From an uncultured virus (IMG/VR IMGVR_UViG_3300031612_000007) (lineage: Duplodnaviria > Heunggongvirae > Uroviricota > Caudoviricetes > Schitoviridae), in the IMG/VR virus record IMGVR_UViG_3300031612_000007: DNA of 20,000 nucleotides; one strand, given 5' to 3'. The position numbers were made by a program, and so were the translations under genes. Below are positions 8,548-15,329 of this stretch, in pieces (the first letter of the stretch is position 1; every line of letters starts with the position of its first letter). Under the pieces are notes generated by a model. That model saw nothing but the letters and a program-made list of their open reading frames with translations, was not told the origin of the DNA and ran no database searches.

Positions 8548-8631
8548 ATGCCCCAAGGTCCAGGAACTTACAAAAACCCAGGAAGACCCCGTACTAAATC
8601 TAAAACTAAAAAGAAGAAGTGCTTTAGGTAA
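8548..8631 (+). CDS. 27-aa basic peptide (MPQGPGTYKNPGRPRTKSKTKKKKCFR)
   Basis: AAAGGAG SD 6 nt upstream; TAATG overlap with the next gene; GRPR AT-hook-like core. Confidence 0.7.
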   Translation: MPQGPGTYKNPGRPRTKSKTKKKKCFR

Positions 8632-8828
8632 TGTGGTACTTACTCGTATCCCTGTACTTACCTGTACAGGATGTGGGTATTACTTACCGCTTTGATGAGT
8701 GGGGGTCTGAGTGGGCTTGTACTCAAGCAAAAGCTAAACTAATAGACCATCAAATAGATCTACTGAGAACAACCGGCAAAGATTCATTTATAACCAAGAT
8801 AGAGTGTAAGGAAGTAGAGAATGGCTAG
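8631..8828 (+). CDS. Hypothetical protein with hydrophobic N-terminus and one Cys pair
   Basis: 65-aa ORF coupled at both ends; F..E.AC...K...IEC pattern. Confidence 0.65.
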   Translation: MWYLLVSLYLPVQDVGITYRFDEWGSEWACTQAKAKLIDHQIDLLRTTGKDSFITKIECKEVENG

Positions 8829-8946
8829 TATCCCCGCCGAGTTGATTACTATGTGTGTATTAATTCTATCAATTGGAATGGTAGGTATAGCCATTAGTGG
8901 CATCCTATGGGTACTAACACAGATAGCAGAAGATATTAATAGGTGA
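8821..8946 (+). CDS. 41-aa single-TM microprotein
   Basis: Translated by hand as MASIPAELITMCVLILSIGMVGIAISGILWVLTQIAEDINR; overlaps both neighbours. Confidence 0.6.
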   Translation: MASIPAELITMCVLILSIGMVGIAISGILWVLTQIAEDINR

Positions 8947-9146
8947 GAAAATGCAGGACCTGTAGGCTAGAAAAGCCCCTGGTTGACTTTATAAGAAATT
9001 TCCCTCATTGTAATACTTGCATTACTGAGTATAAAAAAAGTTGGGAAAAAAGGAATAGAATAAAATTGGAAGAGTATCTAGAACTAGGCGATGATAAAGA
9101 ATTACCAGTAGGTGGTGGAGTAGTACCAAACTATAAACCTAAGTAA
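8943..9146 (+). CDS. Small CxxC...CxxC zinc-finger-like protein
   Basis: KCRTC..EKPL.DF...HCNTC resembles the Zn module at the N-terminus of EndoVII/HNH-type phage nucleases. Confidence 0.65.
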   Translation: MRKCRTCRLEKPLVDFIRNFPHCNTCITEYKKSWEKRNRIKLEEYLELGDDKELPVGGGVVPNYKPK

Positions 9147-9149
9147 TAC

Positions 9150-9208
9150 GAAAGGTAGTTAGCGTCGTAACCCAAAGCTTGGAGAGGCAGAGGAGTTAGC
9201 TACCTTTC
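9150..9208 (+). other. Intergenic stem-loop (14-bp stem with G-U pairs and an internal hairpin)
   Basis: gaaaggtagttagc (9150-9163) pairs with gttagctacctttc (9195-9208); inner ccaa-agc-ttgg hairpin. Confidence 0.55.
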
Positions 9209-9240
9209 TTATTAGAAAGCTTATCAAAGGAGTAGTTCTA

Positions 9241-9405
9241 ATGAATAGGTATAAGATTGAAACAGTAACAACATCAGGTAGTAAAATCACTTCCCATGTA
9301 ATAGCAACTTCCGCAGACAAAGCCATTAAAATGATACAAGTCATTATTAAAAATGCCGAGATTCTGCATTTAACTTTAGAAGACGAGACAGAAAAGGCTG
9401 ATTAA
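9241..9405 (+). CDS. 54-aa hypothetical protein
   Basis: AAGGAG SD; translated by hand as MNRYKIETVTTSGSKITSHVIATSADKAIKMIQ...EKAD; below the ORF-track cutoff. Confidence 0.65.
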   Translation: MNRYKIETVTTSGSKITSHVIATSADKAIKMIQVIIKNAEILHLTLEDETEKAD

Positions 9406-9425
9406 TTTCAAACGAGTCTTTTTGT

Positions 9426-9462
9426 GAGGGGACTTGCTCCATCAAGCATTTCCCCTCTTTTT
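9426..9462 (+). terminator. Rho-independent terminator
   Basis: gagggga...tcccctc stem with inner cttg/caag pairing, followed by TTTTT. Confidence 0.7.
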
Positions 9463-9489
9463 ACTTATATACAAGATAGAGGAGTACAG

Positions 9490-9690
9490 ATGAGTAACCC
9501 TGACACAATAGTAGAGGTTGGTAATTACTGGATTTACGATAAACCACCAGAAAATGCTAGTAAGAAAATGCTTCTACTTACTGCTGGGAAAATTTGTATT
9601 CTAGGGCCCTGGCATGGAACAGTGGGTGTTATAGCTTGGCATCCAGTACCAGATCGAAATAAAAAATTAGAATTATCTTTAGGCCTTTAA
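9490..9690 (+). CDS. Hypothetical protein, DUF551-like
   Basis: GAGGAG SD before ATG 9490 (track start 9424 lies in the terminator); W....PP...and VIAWHPVP motifs. Confidence 0.65.
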   Translation: MSNPDTIVEVGNYWIYDKPPENASKKMLLLTAGKICILGPWHGTVGVIAWHPVPDRNKKLELSLGL

Positions 9691-9709
9691 ACAAAGGGGA
9701 AACTAAGCG

Positions 9710-9934
9710 ATGATAACAAGTAAATTAGATATGGAATTCGTCTACATGTATACCGTAGATGATACCGAAGAATTTAAATCACAAATACTTAGATGGCGTG
9801 ACCTAGAGGATATGGGTCAAGATTGGATATCAGGCTGGGACGACGGTTACGAGAACGGTGTTTTAAGCCTTAAAGTTGGAGAGAATCTAAATGTTAGTGA
9901 TGTCAATAGCGAATATATTATTCGTATTAAATAA
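9710..9934 (+). CDS. Hypothetical acidic protein
   Basis: 74-aa ORF with an AAGGGG SD-like sequence. Confidence 0.65.
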   Translation: MITSKLDMEFVYMYTVDDTEEFKSQILRWRDLEDMGQDWISGWDDGYENGVLSLKVGENLNVSDVNSEYIIRIK

Positions 9935-10171
9935 ATGAGTATCTATCTAGAAGCCGATCAATTCTTAACTCTAGCTGCAGAGCTAGCAGAACGTAAACTT
10001 GACCTTCTAGAACATATTGACGGTATCGAAAGGATACATGTTCTTCATGATGACGGTGATAGCAGTTACTCTTGTAATGCTCAATACGTTTTCACTAGAG
10101 AAATGGGTATAGTATGCGAGATTTTAAATGAGAATGGGATATACCAGAGGGAGCCAAATGGACGTACATGA
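9935..10171 (+). CDS. Hypothetical protein
   Basis: 78-aa ORF abutting the upstream stop. Confidence 0.65.
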   Translation: MSIYLEADQFLTLAAELAERKLDLLEHIDGIERIHVLHDDGDSSYSCNAQYVFTREMGIVCEILNENGIYQREPNGRT

Positions 10172-10328
10172 TAATGAAATAAAAAGACTTAAAGCATTAC
10201 GTTTCCCAAGAACTTACCGAGAAGCAACAGGCAGTAACTTCTACGCGGAACCTAAAATAAAATCTTCTTGGAAAAGTTGGGTATCCCTTTTACTGTTTAT
10301 AGTTATCCTACTAGCAGTTGTAGAATAA
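10158..10328 (+). CDS. Small protein with C-terminal TM anchor (RFPRTYREA motif)
   Basis: GAGGGAG SD before ATG 10158; hydrophobic C-terminus. Confidence 0.65.
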   Translation: MDVHDNEIKRLKALRFPRTYREATGSNFYAEPKIKSSWKSWVSLLLFIVILLAVVE

Positions 10329-10529
10329 ATGAGCACATATACTGAAAGTAGTGCAGAGGCCCAGGGCAGGGAAGATTTCTTCTCTACAGCAGAGAATGAA
10401 TGCGATCCTGTGTGTCCCCATGAATGGGGCACACCGGAAGATATTGCTTGGCGGAAAGGGTTTTATGAAGAGAAAAGCCTTTGGCTAAAAGCTATGGCTG
10501 ATAGTTTTGTAAACGGAGACTCAGAATGA
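10329..10529 (+). CDS. Rmf/CrpP-fold-like small protein
   Basis: A..GR..F......CPH........WRKGF resembles the Rmf pattern A...G..AG..G......CPY......W..GW. Confidence 0.5.
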   Translation: MSTYTESSAEAQGREDFFSTAENECDPVCPHEWGTPEDIAWRKGFYEEKSLWLKAMADSFVNGDSE

Positions 10530-10795
10530 ATGATACTGTTAAAGTGAAAAGAAGAGCTATCCATGTTAGAAGATGCAGCTATGCAGGCAAGCTAGTTGTA
10601 CAGACTCGATCACTAGACTTAGCGAATGGGGAACAAGTTCCAGCTATAGGTAATATGTACAGTATGCTCACAATATATAACAATATAATATCTAAGGAAA
10701 AAGAGATCAAGGACCGCCTAGAGTTTAATAAGGGCAGATGCAGGCGTATACGCGCTGAAGCAAAAGCACAAGCTAGACTAATTACTAACTTGTAA
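10526..10795 (+). CDS. Hypothetical basic protein
   Basis: 89-aa ORF with ATGA and TAATG overlaps; GGAG SD. Confidence 0.6.
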   Translation: MNDTVKVKRRAIHVRRCSYAGKLVVQTRSLDLANGEQVPAIGNMYSMLTIYNNIISKEKEIKDRLEFNKGRCRRIRAEAKAQARLITNL

Positions 10796-11061
10796 TGAAA
10801 AAGAAGTATTACAACTACAATTATAATCCCTATAAGGATACAGGTAAGCCTGTTAGGGTGTTTAGTAGTTGTTACTACTGGGAAGTACCTGTCCATCCAA
10901 CACAGTTTGAGTTGCTGCAGCATTTAATAAAGGATACTGCAATAACTAAAGCAAACGCTATAGCACAGCGGGAGTTAATTGAACTTAGAATGGATAAACT
11001 AAAGAAGACTCTTAATGAGAAAAGAGTTAAACGCTTAGCCGACAGTGAAGACTTTGACTAA
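10795..11061 (+). CDS. Hypothetical protein (last + strand gene)
   Basis: 88-aa ORF whose stop overlaps the stop of the convergent - strand gene. Confidence 0.6.
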   Translation: MKKKYYNYNYNPYKDTGKPVRVFSSCYYWEVPVHPTQFELLQHLIKDTAITKANAIAQRELIELRMDKLKKTLNEKRVKRLADSEDFD

Positions 11062-11810
11062 ACATTAGAGGTCTTCGTATGTACCGGTATCTTACATACC
11101 GCTTCATGACCACGGAACCAATGATGGCAGGAGTTACAACTGTATCTCTTGTACACTCCAGATGCTGTAGCAATATTACCCCTCGCTATAAAATGTTCAG
11201 ACCCACAAGTAGGGCAGCGCATCTCATCTAATACCTTATCTTCATATAGATTCTGGTTAGGATGATTCTTAATCCATGGCAATAACTTAAAATATACCTT
11301 TTCAGTTAGCGCCACATCTTTCTTATTATAAGAAATCATTTTTTTCCAGGACTTTTCATCATTGGACATGCAACCCTTCCAATCGTCCATGTTCATTCCC
11401 TTAGTTTTATGACCAATACCAAGAGCTTGTGCAACATAATCTAATTTATTACTTGGAAACTTGAATTGACTACGAACAGTACGTAGTAAGTCAATTTGTT
11501 TATAAGGACTTGGTGGAAGAAGTGGAGGCTCGGCCAATAAAAACTCACTATGGACCCAAGGCATATCAAAACGCTGGCCATTATAATGAATTACTGCATC
11601 AGCCTCACTTATCAAGGCGTGTAAACACGTTAGAAAGTCTTTATCACCTTTGGATCGGCTATAAATACCTCTCTTAGTTGTCCATTTCGCCGCCCAGCAC
11701 AGCATATACCCTGACTCAATTAATTGACTTAAGGAGATATTCTGTTGCCATAAACCCCAACAATAACCTGTGTTGGGTGCCGTCTCGATATCAAGGGTAA
11801 GTAAACGGAT
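11058..11810 (-). CDS. DnaQ/RNase H-like 3'-5' exonuclease with C-terminal Zn ribbon; probable ATC start
   Basis: Exo I LDIETAP lies in frame upstream of the track's ATG (11705); Exo II HYNGQRFD; Exo III YNKKDV; CPTCGS...YSCNSC. GGAG lies 5 nt before ATC at 11810. Confidence 0.85.
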   Translation of the reverse strand: MRLLTLDIETAPNTGYCWGLWQQNISLSQLIESGYMLCWAAKWTTKRGIYSRSKGDKDFLTCLHALISEADAVIHYNGQRFDMPWVHSEFLLAEPPLLPPSPYKQIDLLRTVRSQFKFPSNKLDYVAQALGIGHKTKGMNMDDWKGCMSNDEKSWKKMISYNKKDVALTEKVYFKLLPWIKNHPNQNLYEDKVLDEMRCPTCGSEHFIARGNIATASGVYKRYSCNSCHHWFRGHEAVCKIPVHTKTSNV

Positions 11811-11883
11811 AGGATCTCCAAAGCGTGTAACACCTTGTCTATACTACATGAAGTTGAGGTTATTTGGCTAAACGGGGGGAAAC

Positions 11884-12093
11884 TTACTTAACTGCTCTCT
11901 CGAGTTCTAAAATATACACAGCCAGTTCTTCGGCATTTTCAGAATCCATGCACATTCTTCCATCTGACATTTGTGTAATTTCAAGACTTGGTTTCGTCGG
12001 AGCTATCAGTCTTGTTGGGTGGCTTTGACAAGCCATTAGAGAAATGGTTAGCAAACCAAGCACTAGGGTTCTTTGAAATTTTATCTCGCTCAT
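11884..12093 (-). CDS. Putative o-spanin (Rz1-like lipoprotein)
   Basis: AGAGAGGGG SD before ATG 12093; lipobox LMA|C; Pro-rich mature segment; overlaps the i-spanin-like gene in another frame. Confidence 0.7.
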   Translation of the reverse strand: MSEIKFQRTLVLGLLTISLMACQSHPTRLIAPTKPSLEITQMSDGRMCMDSENAEELAVYILELERAVK

Positions 12094-12190
12094 GTTGAGC
12101 CCCTCTCTTTTCGTCTGTACGCTTATACGCAAGTAACAGCCACAACAGCTTATCCAATACAGCGATAAGCGTTGTGCTAAGAGCGATCAT
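11981..12190 (-). CDS. Putative i-spanin (Rz-like)
   Basis: N-terminal hydrophobic segment and charged tail; overlapped by the lipoprotein gene; follows the holin. Confidence 0.55.
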   Translation of the reverse strand: MIALSTTLIAVLDKLLWLLLAYKRTDEKRGAQHERDKISKNPSAWFANHFSNGLSKPPNKTDSSDETKS

Positions 12191-12396
12191 GCAGAATCTG
12201 TAGATTTAGCTATACGTTTAACAGCTTTGATGCGCCCGAATATGGCTACAGCACCACCTACTAAAGCAGTTACTTGTTCTGCTAAACCATTTGTATCTCC
12301 AAGATCCCATCCAGCAAGTTGTGAGATAGTCGCAAAAATAGCGATTAATGCTCCCCAGATAGTTTTACTTTCTAGTAAACCTTTTATATCATCCAT
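12187..12396 (-). CDS. Putative holin (2 TM, basic C-terminus)
   Basis: SKTIWGALIA...AVAIFGRIKA pattern typical of small phage holins; GGAG SD; adjacent to spanin-like genes. Confidence 0.65.
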   Translation of the reverse strand: MDDIKGLLESKTIWGALIAIFATISQLAGWDLGDTNGLAEQVTALVGGAVAIFGRIKAVKRIAKSTDSA

Positions 12397-12423
12397 AATG
12401 ATCTCCGGTTAAATTACGAACAA

Positions 12424-12454
12424 CTATACTACTCTTTTTTTATCTTGCTGCAAA
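12424..12454 (-). promoter_or_regulatory. Candidate sigma70-like late promoter
   Basis: Minus strand reads TTGCAG-N16-TAGTAT(AG), upstream of the holin SD. Confidence 0.4.
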
Positions 12455-12456
12455 GA

Positions 12457-12711
12457 CTAATCTTTATCAGCCTTACGACTAACCTTTGCTTCAATTCTGT
12501 CAAGCTTATTAAAAACTGTTTTCATTACATCTGAAAGTTCTGCCCTTGTCATGTAACTCCCTGCGACAAGAACCTCAATTGAAGAAACTTTTTTCATTAT
12601 ATCTTTATCAGCAGTTTGTAATTCTTTTACTGCTTGCCAGATAACATGGAGCAAAAATCCGAGCAAGGTTCCTAGTCCACCTAAAACCCAATTAACCATT
12701 ATTTGTTCCAT
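12457..12711 (-). CDS. Single-TM plus coiled-coil membrane protein (holin/antiholin-like)
   Basis: N-terminal TM VNWVLGGLGTLLGFLLHVIW, heptad C-terminus ending KLDRIEAKV..KADK; lysis context. Confidence 0.6.
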   Translation of the reverse strand: MEQIMVNWVLGGLGTLLGFLLHVIWQAVKELQTADKDIMKKVSSIEVLVAGSYMTRAELSDVMKTVFNKLDRIEAKVSRKADKD

Positions 12712-12856
12712 AAATAAGCCTCTTTACATACTATAAAATAGATATTGGACCATAAAATCGTACCAGGGTGTCTAAGACGCTCTCTAAGAGCTTTTAATAC
12801 AAATTTGATGCTATCCTATTCCCTTATACTAAATAAACCACTGTACGATGGTACTT

Positions 12857-13114
12857 TTACTCATGTCGATGGTTTTCTACCATCGCGCTATTCTTTATTG
12901 CTAATTCTTTAGCTTCTAGTGCTAATGTTATACTAAAAGTAGTTCGGGAGCTCTCTTTTTCGTCAACTCCTTTTGATCTGTCCACCTCATTTACATGAGC
13001 TGTATCTTGTCCGAAGTTAACTACAGTAGCATTTATTACTCCACCTGTCATTGCTACGATATATGCAGTAATAAGACCGATAGCTAATTTACTGTCTTTA
13101 ATAGAGTCCCACAT
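12857..13114 (-). CDS. Hypothetical membrane-anchored protein
   Basis: N-terminal hydrophobic segment; starts 1 nt after the upstream stop. Confidence 0.6.
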   Translation of the reverse strand: MWDSIKDSKLAIGLITAYIVAMTGGVINATVVNFGQDTAHVNEVDRSKGVDEKESSRTTFSITLALEAKELAIKNSAMVENHRHE

Positions 13115-13115
13115 A

Positions 13116-13382
13116 TTAAGTTAGTATATAAAACCAACCTGCAGCAGATGCTGCTATTCCTGAAACAACACCAGCATAACTCCATTTTAAATCTAGGTTA
13201 AAGAAGTTAAGCGCTGCTACATTCTCAGTGAATGAATAATCATGGTCCTTATGCTGATAGTACTCTCGTGTAATTGCCCATAAGATAACAATATGAGCAC
13301 CGAATCCAGCTGTTATTAATGTAAGTCCGAAACAACTTCCAAAATGTGCAGATTGATCCCTCAATTCTTTATTCACGGTCAA
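13116..13382 (-). CDS. Small integral membrane protein (YfiM/VanZ-like D..H...E..D pattern)
   Basis: DQSAHF, REYYQ and DL motifs separated by hydrophobic helices. Confidence 0.55.
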   Translation of the reverse strand: MTVNKELRDQSAHFGSCFGLTLITAGFGAHIVILWAITREYYQHKDHDYSFTENVAALNFFNLDLKWSYAGVVSGIAASAAGWFYILT

Positions 13383-13818
13383 CTCCCATACGTTTCACAG
13401 GCTGTGGTCTACGCTTTTCATCCACTGCCACATAAGTTAATATAGCTTCCGTTACTTTAATACAGATTTCCTCATTTCCTTCACGAGGTCCTCGCTGTGC
13501 GTAAACAGTAACATCTACTGTAATTGAAGTATACCCTACCTTAGTAACCTCAGTATAGAAACTAACCAAGTCACCTACATATACAGGGTGTTTAAATACA
13601 AAATTATTTACTGCGACTGTAACTACGTGTCCACCTGAATGGCGAATTGATGCCATACTACCGGCTATATCAACCTGGGACATTATCCAACCTCCGAATA
13701 CATCCCCTGAATGGTTAGTATCCGATGGCATAGGAACTATTCTTAGTGTTGGGTTAAGTCCTTTTGGTAGTGAAGTATAAAATGGTGTCAATAATCTTTC
13801 CTTATCATTTATTGTCAC
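13369..13818 (-). CDS. yciA: Acyl-CoA thioesterase, hotdog fold (YciA-like)
   Basis: MPSDTNHSGDVFGGWIMSQVDIAG, VVTVAV...F..PVYVGDLVSFY...VGYTSITV.V and VTEA.LTYVAVD...P are the YciA family hallmarks. Confidence 0.9.
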   Translation of the reverse strand: MTINDKERLLTPFYTSLPKGLNPTLRIVPMPSDTNHSGDVFGGWIMSQVDIAGSMASIRHSGGHVVTVAVNNFVFKHPVYVGDLVSFYTEVTKVGYTSITVDVTVYAQRGPREGNEEICIKVTEAILTYVAVDEKRRPQPVKRMGVDRE

Positions 13819-14111
13819 TTTTGCTTCTCTTTAGGATATTTCAGTTTAACTGCTAGACATTCATCAATGTATCTCTGTACCTGGAGGTCATCAGCTTTAG
13901 CAATACCATCCAAGTAATCAGCTACAGGTGGATACTCTCTTACTCTTAATTCTTGATAAGTAGGTGGTGTAGGTTTATCAGCATCAAGAGCTACATTACC
14001 TGCCTTTAACCACTTAAGATACTCTACATAATCTGAATTAGCCTTATCCTTTGGGATAGATGCTCCGTCTTTAATTCTAATAATTGTGTCTGTGTCTGTT
14101 AATTTATACAT
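13815..14111 (-). CDS. Tail fibre assembly/chaperone-like protein
   Basis: IP.D..NSDY.EYL.W...GN and R..EYP...D.LD.......VK.KYPK motifs, typical of genes downstream of fibres. Confidence 0.7.
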   Translation of the reverse strand: MYKLTDTDTIIRIKDGASIPKDKANSDYVEYLKWLKAGNVALDADKPTPPTYQELRVREYPPVADYLDGIAKADDLQVQRYIDECLAVKLKYPKEKQK

Positions 14112-14114
14112 AAT

Positions 14115-15329
14115 TTATAGCTCCGCTGATGCTGTAAATGTACCTGTGTTTAAAAACAATGCCGCACGCAGACCTAAAGTGTTTGTCAGGGCTGAAGCAC
14201 AAGTCATATCGTATTGAATCATTTCAGGCTTACAGTAACTTGCGCCTAATGTTGCATTTGCCCCAATAGCACCGCCATTCCACAAACCGCAAGTACCAGA
14301 CAAAGCCCCAGTAGGGGCAGTGCGCATAACAACGGGGAGTTCAAATCCCCACCGATGAACAGTAGTTGCGTTGTTAGTGTTTCCTGACCCAAGCATAGTA
14401 TTTGCGTGCGGCCCATAATGTTGATAATACCTCTGACACAAAGCAAACTCAGTTCCATAACTTCTATGTTCAAATGGTGTGGCTACTGAACCTATTTCTA
14501 GTTGAACACCTGTGATATAAATTGTAGCATTTAAGACACTTATTAACTTTACATCAGCAGCCTTGCGCTTAAAATTCCCTGCTTGCCATGTATCTGCTGT
14601 TGATGTTTCGAAAGCTGAACCAGACCCTATATCACAGATACCTACATATATGCTAACTCCATTAGTGCTATCAGCAGTAACCCAACCTGTTCCTGTTGTA
14701 TCTCCGGGAACTGTTACACTATGTTGTACCCAAGAATTAACTTGTCCCGCAGAGACAGTTACGGCGGTAGTATATGACCTATTGCTTTGTGTCATATTGC
14801 CTAAGAATGAAACCCCGTATGATCCTGCGGTATTGGCATACATCCAAAAACTTAAAGTAAAGGATTTTGCATTAGCTGTACCAAAACTCATGTCCGTGAA
14901 ATTAAACCCTTCAACAGCTTGCCATATAGCATTTATATCTCCTGATGAAGCGGTTGCTGCTGTAGTTGTTTTTACTTCAAAACAGTCATAGAATCCTCCT
15001 AGAGTAGAGGCATCTGTTTTTCTCCCTGTCATAACTCCACCTGAAGTACCCTTGTATGCTCTAGTACGATCAGCAACAAATGTAGTTGTCGCTGTAGCAC
15101 CTAATGTAATGGTTGATGTTCCGTGTCTCTGATTAATCCTCATATCACCATTAATTATCTTGTTTCTATTACCTGCTAACTGACCACCATTAAGTGAGGT
15201 ACCATTTAGCGAAGTAGCAGTGACACCCGCTGTAAACGTAGCGTTTTCATTAGTATCTACACTTAGATAAGTATTCCCATTATTCTTTAGCGTAGTAGTA
15301 GTACTCGTACTTTCTATACTAGATGCCAT
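14115..15329 (-). CDS. Tail fibre/adhesin with carbohydrate-binding-like domain
   Basis: RNKIINGDMRINQR...TLSFW...ITGVQLEIGSVATPFEHRSYGTE..LCQRYY...VMRTAPT pattern of phage fibre-associated proteins. Confidence 0.8.
   Translation of the reverse strand: MASSIESTSTTTTLKNNGNTYLSVDTNENATFTAGVTATSLNGTSLNGGQLAGNRNKIINGDMRINQRHGTSTITLGATATTTFVADRTRAYKGTSGGVMTGRKTDASTLGGFYDCFEVKTTTAATASSGDINAIWQAVEGFNFTDMSFGTANAKSFTLSFWMYANTAGSYGVSFLGNMTQSNRSYTTAVTVSAGQVNSWVQHSVTVPGDTTGTGWVTADSTNGVSIYVGICDIGSGSAFETSTADTWQAGNFKRKAADVKLISVLNATIYITGVQLEIGSVATPFEHRSYGTEFALCQRYYQHYGPHANTMLGSGNTNNATTVHRWGFELPVVMRTAPTGALSGTCGLWNGGAIGANATLGASYCKPEMIQYDMTCASALTNTLGLRAALFLNTGTFTASAEL

Noticed and set aside
709..10923. Antisense ORFs in the + strand block (e.g. 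709..1083, 1678..1923, 6076..6294, 7949..8206, 8278..8556, 9159..9344, 10579..10923)
   Set aside because: They overlap better-supported + strand genes and lack recognisable motifs.
11841..11850. TAG readthrough or amber recoding to explain the exonuclease start (in-frame ATG-TAG upstream)
   Set aside because: Long genes are uninterrupted under code 11, TAG acts as a plausible stop elsewhere (4528, 8828, 11058, 12457, 17103), and the SD points to the ATC.
12779..12791. gctct-cta-agagc hairpin as an N4 virion RNA polymerase promoter
   Set aside because: The loop does not match the GNA-type triloop closed by C-G on either strand, and the site is in the late region.
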